Positions 47,469-56,867 of a stretch of DNA of 64,000 nucleotides are shown in pieces. The translations under genes and the position numbers were made by a program. The number at the start of each line of letters is the position of its first letter. Within the stretch, counting starts at the first letter, position 1. Source of the DNA: an uncultured Clostridiaceae bacterium (GTDB lineage Bacteria; Bacillota; Clostridia; TANB77; CAG-465); contig CAZZFS010000005.1 of assembly GCA_964653805.1 (NCBI GenBank), forward strand, positions 1,817-65,816. The letters are read 5' to 3'. The notes beneath the pieces were generated by a model, which saw nothing but the letters and a program-made list of their open reading frames with translations, was not told where the DNA came from and made no database searches.

Positions 47469-49580
47469 TTAACTGCATTTTTTATTATATTTTTTTACGA
47501 GTAATCTTAAATATTCTTGAACACTATATTCACAAATATATCTTGAATTGTTTTTCATTTCATCCAAAACTATTTTCAAATGTTCTTCTGTAATTTTAAC
47601 CCCCTCAATAATGACATCCATTTCAAAATACAACTCTTCACTAAAAGGCTTTTGATATTTTCTCAAATTTGCTCTAAAATGATGAAGTTCTTTTAAGTAT
47701 TTAGTTAACTGTGGTTTCTTTTTTGCAAGTTCAATTAACTCGTCAGGAGGTACATTAAGATTTGCCATTAAAAATTGATTTTCATCTAAATTACCTTCAC
47801 CAATTTCTTTAATGAGTGCAACTAAATCTTTGATTTTTTTGTCTTGGCTTATCTTCATTAAAATTTCTCTATCGCAAATAGCAATTTTTAATTTTTTTGA
47901 AAAATTGTTTTTTACGAACTTTTCTATTCTAACAAAATCATCACGAGAAATATTGTTTTCTTCAAAAAAAGAATTTTGAGAAAGTTCTGATAGTTTGTAA
48001 TCAGCCACAAAATCAATATAGTTTTGGTTGTTTTGCTGTCTTTTACCTATTTTAGGAAAATTTCTATAATAAGTTCCATCTTCATAACAACCATTTACAT
48101 CGATTCCATTAATATCAAATTTAGTTCCAGTTTTAATATTAATTCCGGATTTATCAAAACCTTTTTTACTTATACCATTTACGTCATAATCTTCTCTGTC
48201 ATAACCAAATCTATCATAACCTTTACGATTATATATCGTTTTGGTATCTTTATGATAACCTTCTTCGTTATATCCTTGCTTATCATAACCGTTTAGATCA
48301 AAGCCATTTTTATCAAAACCTTCTTGATTGTAGCCGTTAATGTTATATCCAGCTTTATCATAACCTTCTCGATTATATCCATCTTCATTATAACCATGTT
48401 CGTTAAAACCTCGCTCATCATATAACGTATTTGTTTTAAAATGCATACCGTTTTTGTTAAAACCATTTAAGTTATATCCATCTTTGTCGTATCCATTTTC
48501 GTCATGTAACATGCCGGTAATTTGATGATAACCTAATCTATTAAATTTTCTTCTGTCAAGCCCGTAAATTGTATATCCATCCTCACCATATTTTGAATTG
48601 GTAATTTTAAAAACTCCTCGTTTATTGTGTCCAAGTCTATTAAATCCCTCTTTGTCTATACCGTATTTATTGAACCCTTCAAAGTCATATCCAGCTTTGT
48701 CATATCCAGCAAGGTTATATACAGTTCCGGTATTTAAATTAATACCATCTTCATTAAACCCAGCTTTATCATAGCCTCTTTTGTCATAACCTTTGCGATC
48801 ATAATATGTTTTGGTAACTTTATTAATCCCCTCTTTATTGAATCCTCTTTTGTCATAGCCGTCTTTATCATAACCAGCAAGATTATACATGCTTTTAGTA
48901 TCAAAAGATATACCCTTTCGGTTAAATCCATCAACATTAAACCCATTTTTATCGTAACCTTTTTCATCATATAAAGTTCCAGTATTTTGATGATAACCTA
49001 ATCTATTAAATCCTTTTTTGTCGACTCCATACATTGTATAACCATGTTCGTCATATTTTGAATCAGTAGTTTTAAAAATACCTTTTCTATTATATCCTAA
49101 TCTGTTATACCCGTATTCATCTAAACCTTTTTCATTAAAGCCGTGTTTGTCGTAACCTTTTGGATTATAACCTTTGTCGTTATATTTACTGTCAGTGTTT
49201 AAATAAAAACCATTTCGATTATAACCATCTTTATCCAAACCATCTTTATTATAACCATATTTATCAAATATAGTTTTGGTATGTTTATTTATACCTTTTT
49301 TATCGAATCCTTTTTTATCATAACCATACTTGTTGTATCCAGCAAGATTATACCGAGTTAAAGTTTCAACAGACATGCCATCTTTATCAAAACCGTGCAT
49401 ATCATAACCATACATGTTATAACCAAATCTGTCATAAAAAGTTTTGGTATACTCATTATATCCAAATTCATCAAAGCCTTTTTTTCTAGGTGAAGCTTCA
49501 CTACAATTTAAAATATAATTGTTTTTGCCAATAGAACTTCCTAAAACAATTTCATTACATTTTTTTTCTTTCATGTTCAT
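47469..49580 (-). CDS. G-[YF]-[DN]-x-x five-residue repeat protein with a helical C-terminal domain
   Basis: Residues about 35-505 are almost entirely units such as GYDKDGYDKRGFNKEGINKVTKTYYDRKGYDKRGYDKAGFNEDGINLNTGTVYNLAGYDKAGYDFEGFNKYG. The last 200 aa or so are non-repetitive. No signal peptide. The start may be the second ATG at 49574. Confidence 0.75.
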   Translation of the reverse strand: MNMKEKKCNEIVLGSSIGKNNYILNCSEASPRKKGFDEFGYNEYTKTFYDRFGYNMYGYDMHGFDKDGMSVETLTRYNLAGYNKYGYDKKGFDKKGINKHTKTIFDKYGYNKDGLDKDGYNRNGFYLNTDSKYNDKGYNPKGYDKHGFNEKGLDEYGYNRLGYNRKGIFKTTDSKYDEHGYTMYGVDKKGFNRLGYHQNTGTLYDEKGYDKNGFNVDGFNRKGISFDTKSMYNLAGYDKDGYDKRGFNKEGINKVTKTYYDRKGYDKRGYDKAGFNEDGINLNTGTVYNLAGYDKAGYDFEGFNKYGIDKEGFNRLGHNKRGVFKITNSKYGEDGYTIYGLDRRKFNRLGYHQITGMLHDENGYDKDGYNLNGFNKNGMHFKTNTLYDERGFNEHGYNEDGYNREGYDKAGYNINGYNQEGFDKNGFDLNGYDKQGYNEEGYHKDTKTIYNRKGYDRFGYDREDYDVNGISKKGFDKSGINIKTGTKFDINGIDVNGCYEDGTYYRNFPKIGKRQQNNQNYIDFVADYKLSELSQNSFFEENNISRDDFVRIEKFVKNNFSKKLKIAICDREILMKISQDKKIKDLVALIKEIGEGNLDENQFLMANLNVPPDELIELAKKKPQLTKYLKELHHFRANLRKYQKPFSEELYFEMDVIIEGVKITEEHLKIVLDEMKNNSRYICEYSVQEYLRLLVKKYNKKCS

Positions 49581-49848
49581 ATTTCCTCCTAATGTTTTTT
49601 ATATTGTAATTTTTGAACATAACAAAATTAAAATAAACTAACACTCACAAAATCATAACAAAAAAATACTAAATAACTCTAAAGAATTTATCTTTTAACA
49701 CAATATACTTAATCTTCAATATTAGTATATTTTTTTATTTACACGTTAAAAAAATTATTCTCATAGAACTACTTAGTATCTAAACACATCTCTTAATTAC
49801 ACACATTATACAACACTTTACATAATTTTTCAAGTGATACTTTTTATT

Positions 49849-50829
49849 TTAAGAATATTTATTTATTAAATATGTTGTATATTCTATTGCTGGTGTTGCA
49901 CTATGTCCTTGATTAACATATTTTTTAAATTCTATATTACTATATCCAAGATCTTTAATTATATTTTCCATTTTTTCATATCTTAATTGAAGACCTTTAC
50001 CAAAAACTTTTTCATATATATTTTGAATATCTAAATCAGTATTTCTAAAATTAAAAGCAGTGTCATTTTTATCTGTTTCATTTTCACCTATAAAATATAA
50101 CTGGTACATATTTTTAAAACTATCATAATCAAATTTACTACCAGTGATTTTCTCTATATCATATATACCAATTGGGTATGGTAAATTAATATATTCTCCT
50201 GTTTTAATTTTAATGTTTTCTAATGGTAAAATATTTTGCACACCAAAACCACCTGCTATTAATAACGATACTTTAGATGGAAAACATGTTGCATATCTTA
50301 ATACAAATTTAGCGGAAGATGAAAATCCATGACAAATAATTTTCTCCTTTAATTTAATAGATTTTTCTTTTAATATATAATCTTTTGCATAATCTATCAT
50401 GTTATTTATTTGATCAAACAATTTGTAATACGTGTTATTTTCATCTTCACAAAATACAACATTTCTAGAAGCTTGAAGAGGAAAAAATTCTTGCATATTA
50501 TTATTTAGTGGATGTATATAGTTTGAAGTAACAGGAACTAGTATAGGTTGATCTAATTTAAGCAAATCATATCCTGCTTCTATTGTTGTTTCAAAAACAG
50601 CTGAATAAATATTTAATATATCACCTTCTTGTTTTGCTAAATTATTTCCATGAAGTATTAATGTATTATTTTGTATAACGTTTGGTATATACAAAACAAA
50701 AGGAAACTTAAATAAATTATCTTTTGGCTTAATTATTTTAAAACTACCATTTGTATTATCTATTAAATTCTCTAATTTTTTTAATACTTTATCATCTATA
50801 TTTTTTAAAAATGGTAAATAATCTTTCAT
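49849..50829 (-). CDS. hypothetical protein, possibly an alpha/beta-hydrolase fold
   Basis: The ATG at 50829 (MKDYLPF) follows a GGAGG RBS. ICHGFSSSAKF resembles a nucleophile elbow. Weak call. Confidence 0.4.
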   Translation of the reverse strand: MKDYLPFLKNIDDKVLKKLENLIDNTNGSFKIIKPKDNLFKFPFVLYIPNVIQNNTLILHGNNLAKQEGDILNIYSAVFETTIEAGYDLLKLDQPILVPVTSNYIHPLNNNMQEFFPLQASRNVVFCEDENNTYYKLFDQINNMIDYAKDYILKEKSIKLKEKIICHGFSSSAKFVLRYATCFPSKVSLLIAGGFGVQNILPLENIKIKTGEYINLPYPIGIYDIEKITGSKFDYDSFKNMYQLYFIGENETDKNDTAFNFRNTDLDIQNIYEKVFGKGLQLRYEKMENIIKDLGYSNIEFKKYVNQGHSATPAIEYTTYLINKYS

Positions 50830-50982
50830 ACTACTATACCTCCACTTATGTTTAATTATTATATAATATAACATGAAGTTAATTTTAAAACAACAAATAT
50901 TGACAAATTTTCTCATTAATTATTAAACAAATTCACTATGAATACTAATACTTTTATGATATAATTACCTAAGGGTGATACA

Positions 50983-51645
50983 ATGAAAAAATTTAAATTA
51001 AAAAAGAAAGAAATTACCGCTATAACAACAGCGATTGCTTTAATACTTTTAGCTATATTTGCAAAAGATGATTTTGTTACATTATTTCAAAATGATAATA
51101 CAACATCTGATGTTTCAGGTTTAGTTACTGTTAATGATACTAAAGAAGGAAATAAAATAAAAGATACAAACTCTATTAATAATAACAATAATAATGATAC
51201 TAGTACTGTTGATTCTTCTAAATTTATAGAAGCTAAAGTTACAAGAATTGTTGATGGTGATACTATAGTTGTTAATATACAAGGAACTGAAAAAAAAGTT
51301 AGAATGATTGGTATGAATACTCCTGAGTCTACTACAAAAATAGAGACATTTGGTAAAGAAGCATCAAATTATACAACACAAAAATTAACTGATAAAACTG
51401 TATATCTTGAAAAAGATGTTAATGAAACTGATAAATATGGTCGTCTACTTAGATATGTTTGGCTTGAAATACCAAATGAAATAACTGAAACTACTATAAA
51501 AGAAAAAATGTTTAATGCTATTTTAGTTATAGAAGGATATGCACAAGTTGCTACATATCCACCAGATATAAAATATGTAGATTATTTTACTAAAATACAA
51601 AATATAGCTAAAGATGCAAATCTAGGTTTATGGCAATACAAATAA
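50983..51645 (+). CDS. thermonuclease (SNase) family secreted nuclease
   Basis: N-terminal signal/anchor helix, VTRIVDGDTIVV, VRMIGMNTPES, FGKEASNY and DKYGRLLRYVWL. Confidence 0.85.
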   Translation: MKKFKLKKKEITAITTAIALILLAIFAKDDFVTLFQNDNTTSDVSGLVTVNDTKEGNKIKDTNSINNNNNNDTSTVDSSKFIEAKVTRIVDGDTIVVNIQGTEKKVRMIGMNTPESTTKIETFGKEASNYTTQKLTDKTVYLEKDVNETDKYGRLLRYVWLEIPNEITETTIKEKMFNAILVIEGYAQVATYPPDIKYVDYFTKIQNIAKDANLGLWQYK

Positions 51646-51689
51646 ATAATGTAATTATACAAAGTTCAAAAAATCAATGCAACAAAAAC

Positions 51690-51722
51690 AAAAAAAGTTG
51701 ACAAAATCTTGTCAACTTTTTC
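51690..51722. terminator. bidirectional hairpin terminator (identical copy at 52463-52496)
   Basis: A-run-GTTGACAAAATCTTGTCAAC-T-run between convergent genes. Confidence 0.7.
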
Positions 51723-51744
51723 TTTATGTCAGTTATAAAAGACC

Positions 51745-52287
51745 TCAACCTTCATTACAATAATATCTAACGCTAAGCCTTTTTATCTTATTAAAAATAT
51801 TAATTCTTGCTGTAAATTTTGAAGAAATACGAAAAAAAACATCTTTTACATTATTTGAACCTCTCACCGAATTATCTATTTTTCTGTTTTCAAATTTTAA
51901 ATCAATTAATGCTCTTTTTATTTGTCCCACTGATATTTTTACTTCCTCTTTAACCTTGTATTCTTGATAGTATTCCTCTTTTTCACAAATTTCACCAAAA
52001 CAAGGATCAAAAACATAAATTTTATTCATAAGTTTAAATTCTATCCAACTATGAAAATAATCTCTATCATTTTTCAACTCTAAATAACCTCTTACAACAG
52101 AATCCGTTTTTTTGAAATTAATCGATAGAAAAATTGAACTTTGCCAACACCAACCTTCTAATTGATTACTTCTAATCATATAAAATGCTGGTATATCGGA
52201 TAAATTACCAATACTAATGTTTATGTCTTTTATCTTGCTTTTTACATACCGCCCTACAAAAGAACTTTCAAAATCTTTATTACTCAT
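51745..52287 (-). CDS. hypothetical protein with a possible papain/transglutaminase-like Cys-His-Asp triad
   Basis: QLEGWCWQSS ... DYFHSWIEF ... YVFDPCF, in the order and spacing seen in transglutaminase-like cysteine peptidases. Weak call. Confidence 0.4.
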   Translation of the reverse strand: MSNKDFESSFVGRYVKSKIKDINISIGNLSDIPAFYMIRSNQLEGWCWQSSIFLSINFKKTDSVVRGYLELKNDRDYFHSWIEFKLMNKIYVFDPCFGEICEKEEYYQEYKVKEEVKISVGQIKRALIDLKFENRKIDNSVRGSNNVKDVFFRISSKFTARINIFNKIKRLSVRYYCNEG

Positions 52288-52416
52288 TTTTTCTCCTTTT
52301 AATTATTAAATTTATTTATAAAAGTTTTTTATTTATATTTGTTTTATATTATATCACTTCGAACGAATTATGTCAACAAGTGTCGTCGTTTGATATTTTT
52401 TATTTTATTTTTTATT

Positions 52417-52458
52417 TTATTTGTTATTTGTTATTTGTTATTTGTTATTTGTTATTTA
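52417..52458. repeat. heptanucleotide tandem repeat (TTATTTG)5 plus one imperfect unit
   Basis: Five perfect units at 52417-52451, then TTATTTA. It lies between a terminator and the TTGACA promoter of 51745..52287. Confidence 0.9.
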
Positions 52459-52462
52459 CAAG

Positions 52463-52496
52463 AAAAAAAGTTGACAAAATCTTGTCAACTTTTTTC
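52463..52496 (-). terminator. hairpin terminator overlapping the ABC exporter stop codon
   Basis: Same GTTGACAAAATCTTGTCAAC hairpin as at 51696-51717. Confidence 0.7.
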
Positions 52497-54227
52497 TATA
52501 ATGAAATAGTTTTCTTTTTCCTTTTTGAATTTGAATTTTTCATTGCAATAATTCCCAACAATATCGAGTTGATGAGATGATATTATAATCAACCTTTCTT
52601 TTTGTTTATTACAATATGAAACTATAAACTCAATTACTTTTTGTGCTGTAAAGTAATCTAAGTTTGCTGTTGGTTCATCAAATACAAGTACCATATTATT
52701 TTCTTCAATATTGTACAGCATCCTTGCTAGAACCAATCTTTGCAACTGACCATCCGAAAATATATCCTTTCTTTCATTTGATAAAAATTCAATTACATCT
52801 TCATTTTTCGAGCTTAATTTTCCATATAAATTCAAACCTTTTAAAATTTCGATTAATTTATTTTTATCAACATCAGCTGCATTTTCACAAAAAGTTATTT
52901 CTTGCAAAATAGAGTTTTTACCAAGTTGTGATTTTGGATCATAAATGATTGAATTCTCTATAAAATTAACACATTGATTACCATTTATACAAATATTTTT
53001 TTCTGGATTTAAATATACCCCAGTTAATATTTTCAAAAGAGTTGATTTACCAGAACCAGATTCACCATACAAAAGGTTTATTGTTCCTTTTGATATTTTT
53101 AAATCTGCTGTATAAATTTTATGAGTTTTCTCATTATCATTTTTATGTTCAAAACAAAAATTTGACAACTTAATTTCATTTACATCATTTATAGATTTTT
53201 CTTTTCCTTTCAACTCAATGTAAGTTTGTGCTACACCATCCATAATTGGCAAATAACTTTTATACTCCGTATAAGAATTCATAACTCTTTGAACTTCTTG
53301 AACTTCATTTGTTAAAGTTCTTACTAAGCTTGAATACATTACACCTAAAGTAATAGCAGTTGCGAAAACTCCAACATCAATTTTTTCATAACTAAACAAT
53401 GCAACTAAAACCAAGCTTGTTGTTGATATTCCCATTGCAAAATTTTTAAATGCACTTTCTGCTATTTCTTTCATAGTCAATTTTTTTTGTGCATCTGCAA
53501 CTATTTTTTTAGAACTAACATAATTATCAATTAAATAATTTGAATGTTTCGGATTTATTGGAATTACATTTAAAACATCTTCTTTTGAAACATTTAATTT
53601 GTTAATTCTTTGACGTTCCTTTGAAAAATACTCTTTTCGTCTTTTTATTTGTCTTACTGTAATATATACAATAACAAACATACAAATAGCCATTACAATT
53701 GTAACAATTGGTAAATTTGATGAATTAGCAGCTGTTACTTTAATTGCACCTATTATAGTTCCCATATATATTAACATACCTAAAACGAAACTAACAATTA
53801 AGTCTCTAAACATTATTTTCTTTTTTATATATTCATATATATTTGTCATTAACTCAACAGGTTCAGATAATATGTTTTTACCATTTTCATCTTTTTGATA
53901 CACTTTATTTCTAACTGTTGTTAGAACATCAGTTGATTTTTGAGCTGAAGATATTTCAATATAATTTCCATACTCTATATTTATATTTTGTTGAAATATA
54001 AATATAACTTGATATATACTACTTTGTAGTGTACCAACACATAGCAATACTATCCCCCATTTTTCATTACCACTTTGAAACAGTGTGTTTGCAAACGGAA
54101 ATATGAAAGTACATGCCGCATTAAACGCTGATGTAAATAGGTTAAAGAAATAGTTTATGTACCGATACAACTTCATTTTCCCTTTTACTAACCCTAAGTT
54201 TTGCAAAAAAATCTTTTTTTCATCCAT
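52485..54227 (-). CDS. fused permease/ATPase ABC exporter
   Basis: N-terminal half with about 5-6 hydrophobic helices. The C-terminal ABC domain has GESGSGKST, FSDGQLQR and VLVFDEPTANLD. There is no C39 peptidase domain. Confidence 0.8.
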   Translation of the reverse strand: MDEKKIFLQNLGLVKGKMKLYRYINYFFNLFTSAFNAACTFIFPFANTLFQSGNEKWGIVLLCVGTLQSSIYQVIFIFQQNINIEYGNYIEISSAQKSTDVLTTVRNKVYQKDENGKNILSEPVELMTNIYEYIKKKIMFRDLIVSFVLGMLIYMGTIIGAIKVTAANSSNLPIVTIVMAICMFVIVYITVRQIKRRKEYFSKERQRINKLNVSKEDVLNVIPINPKHSNYLIDNYVSSKKIVADAQKKLTMKEIAESAFKNFAMGISTTSLVLVALFSYEKIDVGVFATAITLGVMYSSLVRTLTNEVQEVQRVMNSYTEYKSYLPIMDGVAQTYIELKGKEKSINDVNEIKLSNFCFEHKNDNEKTHKIYTADLKISKGTINLLYGESGSGKSTLLKILTGVYLNPEKNICINGNQCVNFIENSIIYDPKSQLGKNSILQEITFCENAADVDKNKLIEILKGLNLYGKLSSKNEDVIEFLSNERKDIFSDGQLQRLVLARMLYNIEENNMVLVFDEPTANLDYFTAQKVIEFIVSYCNKQKERLIIISSHQLDIVGNYCNEKFKFKKEKENYFIIEKS

Positions 54228-54407
54228 AATAAAAATCCTCCTTTATTTTATTAAAAATTAAAGCATATATATTATACTGATAATATTATATCACGCTCAC
54301 ACTAATTATGTCAACAAATATACCTATTAACTATTTTAAAAGTAAATATTTATATAAAAAGAAACGACAGAATTTGCCGTTTCTTTTATACATTTATTTT
54401 CTTTTAT

Positions 54408-54483
54408 CACATTTTCTTGAGGAATATACGCATCATTTTACACATTTTCTTGAGGAATAATTGTTATTTTTCACACATTCTTT
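54408..54483. repeat. 19-nt direct repeat at a 33-bp period (2 full copies plus 1 partial)
   Basis: CACATTTTCTTGAGGAATA at 54408 and 54441, then CACATTCTTT at 54474. Confidence 0.85.
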
Positions 54484-54501
54484 AAAAAAATGTTTTATAT
54501 T

Positions 54502-55530
54502 TTATACTAATTTTTGAATTAAAGTACCTTTATTATTTTCATATCTAAATTTTGCAAGTGAACCATTTACTAAAACAAATTGTGGTTCTGTATGACCTAA
54601 ATCAACATCATAAATTATAGGTACATTAAGTTTACCTATTGATTTTAAAATAGCATCTTCATATGTAAAATCTCCTATTTCTTTTATCGCATACGTTCTA
54701 CCAATTAAAAATCCTTTTGCATTATTGAACCAACCACACTCATTCATTTGCCATAATTTTCTGTACAATTCAGTTGGATCTAATCCATAATTATCTATAT
54801 ACCAAATCATGCCTTCTTCTTTAAACTGATCACAAAAATTTATTGTATTATCATATTTAGTACCAAGTAATACAGATAAAACATCTATACAACCACCTAT
54901 TAATCTACCTGAAAACTCTTCTTTATCATTTTTATTTAAATTTATATATTTTACTTTTTCAGTTAAATTAAATTCTTGTTGTGGATCTTCTTTTAATTCT
55001 TCAATTTGGTAATTTTCATAACTTTTTTGTATAAATTCAGATTCAAAATCTCCTTTTACTAATTTAAAAGTATTAAGTAAATATTCATGTAAATTTCTCA
55101 TTGCATATGTATTTAAATTTGATGCATGTATTGTTGCAATATTGTAATTTGTAGTTAAATAATATAGTATTAATGAATTATCTGAATAGCCTTGTATCCA
55201 TTTAGGTTTATTTTCACAAAAAAACTTTGATTCTTGTTGTAAATATTCAAGCATTTCCATGGCAAATTCACCACCTCTTGCTGATATAATATATCCCACA
55301 TTATCATTTTTCAAAAGTCCCATTAATTCATTTACTCTTGTATTTGCATCCGAACTAACTAATTTAAAACTTTTTCTAACATTAGGTGTTTCAATTACTT
55401 CAAAGCCATGTTTTTTTATATTCTTTATAGCATGATCTATCTTTTCTAATTTTGCACCATCAGACATTGCTGTAATACCAATTATACTATTGATTTTATC
55501 TTTTTCTATATATTTTGGATATCTTATCAT
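54502..55530 (-). CDS. S66 family LD-carboxypeptidase (LdcA/MccF-like)
   Basis: ISARGG, QGYSDNS (nucleophile Ser) and DLGHTEPQ (His). The ATG at 55530 is better spaced from the RBS than the track start. Confidence 0.8.
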   Translation of the reverse strand: MIRYPKYIEKDKINSIIGITAMSDGAKLEKIDHAIKNIKKHGFEVIETPNVRKSFKLVSSDANTRVNELMGLLKNDNVGYIISARGGEFAMEMLEYLQQESKFFCENKPKWIQGYSDNSLILYYLTTNYNIATIHASNLNTYAMRNLHEYLLNTFKLVKGDFESEFIQKSYENYQIEELKEDPQQEFNLTEKVKYINLNKNDKEEFSGRLIGGCIDVLSVLLGTKYDNTINFCDQFKEEGMIWYIDNYGLDPTELYRKLWQMNECGWFNNAKGFLIGRTYAIKEIGDFTYEDAILKSIGKLNVPIIYDVDLGHTEPQFVLVNGSLAKFRYENNKGTLIQKLV

Positions 55531-55548
55531 ATTAATTTTCATCCCCTT

Positions 55549-56430
55549 TTATTTAAACTTTACATTATATTCTGTATTTTCTGTGATTTTATCAAAAATA
55601 AACCCTTGTGATTTTAAACCAGTTATAATTTCTTGTAAAGATTCTACAGTAGTGATTTTTACTTTTGAATCATGCATTAAAATAACAGCTTTATTTTTTC
55701 CTTTTGAACCATCTAATACATTGCTTATTATCTTATTTTTATCTACTTTACTTCCAGCAGCATCTCCAGAAGAAACATTCCAATCATAATATTTATATCC
55801 TCTTTTTATAGATTCTTTAGTTATATCATTCATCAATTCTTTACCACCATATTTAAAACTCACAGTATTATTTGATCCACCTGGGAATCTTAAAATGTTT
55901 GTTTTATCTATACCAATTGATAAAAGATAATTATTTAAATTATCTACATCTAAAAAAAATGAATCTACAGATTTATACTCCTTTGCATATGAATGAGAAT
56001 AGGTATGATTTCCTATTGTATGTCCTTCATTTTTCATTCTTAAATATATATTTTTTTGATCAGGATGTCCATTTACAAAAAATGTTGCTTTTATATTATT
56101 TTGTTTTAAAATATCTAATATCATTTCTGTATTAGAAGATGGACCATCATCAAATGTTAAATATGCTATTTTAAATTCATTATATTTTTTTACCTCTTCT
56201 AATCTTATATTTAATAACTTTTCTTTTTCTATAATTTCATCATTTTTATTTAACAACTCATATTCTAATTGCTTTATATAAATTTCTTTTGTATTTAAAC
56301 TTTCATTATATTTTTCAACTTCATTAATTTTTCTTTTATATTCCATATTAAAAAAAACTAAAAAAGAAAATAGTATAAAATTTAAAATTATCATACTAAA
56401 AAAGATTATTGAAAATAGTTTTTTATTCAA
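55549..56430 (-). CDS. polysaccharide deacetylase (NodB domain) with an N-terminal anchor and coiled coil
   Basis: [26 protein letters not shown] and ILMHD. Confidence 0.85.
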   Translation of the reverse strand: MNKKLFSIIFFSMIILNFILFSFLVFFNMEYKRKINEVEKYNESLNTKEIYIKQLEYELLNKNDEIIEKEKLLNIRLEEVKKYNEFKIAYLTFDDGPSSNTEMILDILKQNNIKATFFVNGHPDQKNIYLRMKNEGHTIGNHTYSHSYAKEYKSVDSFFLDVDNLNNYLLSIGIDKTNILRFPGGSNNTVSFKYGGKELMNDITKESIKRGYKYYDWNVSSGDAAGSKVDKNKIISNVLDGSKGKNKAVILMHDSKVKITTVESLQEIITGLKSQGFIFDKITENTEYNVKFK

Positions 56431-56444
56431 TTATTTCACCAACT

Positions 56445-56846
56445 TTACTTATTTTCACTTATAATATTATTAATAATTTCAATAGATTTTTCTGTATCTG
56501 TAATTAATGCTGAAATTAATTCTATTGATTTTTCATCTTTTGTTTTTGATAATTCATTTTTTTTATTTTCCAAATATTCATTTTTACTTTTTAAAACACT
56601 TTCATATTCTTCTATTTTTGAATTCAAGACATTTTCTTTTTCATTCATTTTTGATATTTCAATATTTTGATAATTATTTAAAAGTATTAATTTAATAAAA
56701 CAACAACTCATTAATATAAATGGTACTAAAATCATAATACCTAGTCCTACTGCTGTAGCTTTATTTATTTTTTCTACATATAATATTAAACCTGTCATAT
56801 TATTTTTTAAGTTATTTTCCAAGTTATTTTCCAAGTTATTTTTCAT
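56445..56846 (-). CDS. membrane-anchored coiled-coil protein
   Basis: N-terminal (NNLE)n repeat, one TM helix (VGLGIMILVPFILMSCCFIKLILL), then a K/E-rich helix. Confidence 0.5.
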   Translation of the reverse strand: MKNNLENNLENNLKNNMTGLILYVEKINKATAVGLGIMILVPFILMSCCFIKLILLNNYQNIEISKMNEKENVLNSKIEEYESVLKSKNEYLENKKNELSKTKDEKSIELISALITDTEKSIEIINNIISENK

Positions 56847-56867
56847 TTAGAAACATTCCACCCTTTT

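Noticed and set aside
54408-54483. Possible mini CRISPR array (19-nt repeats with 14-nt spacers).
   Set aside because: There are only two full copies and one partial copy, the repeats and spacers are far too short, the repeat has no palindromic core, and the window has no cas genes.
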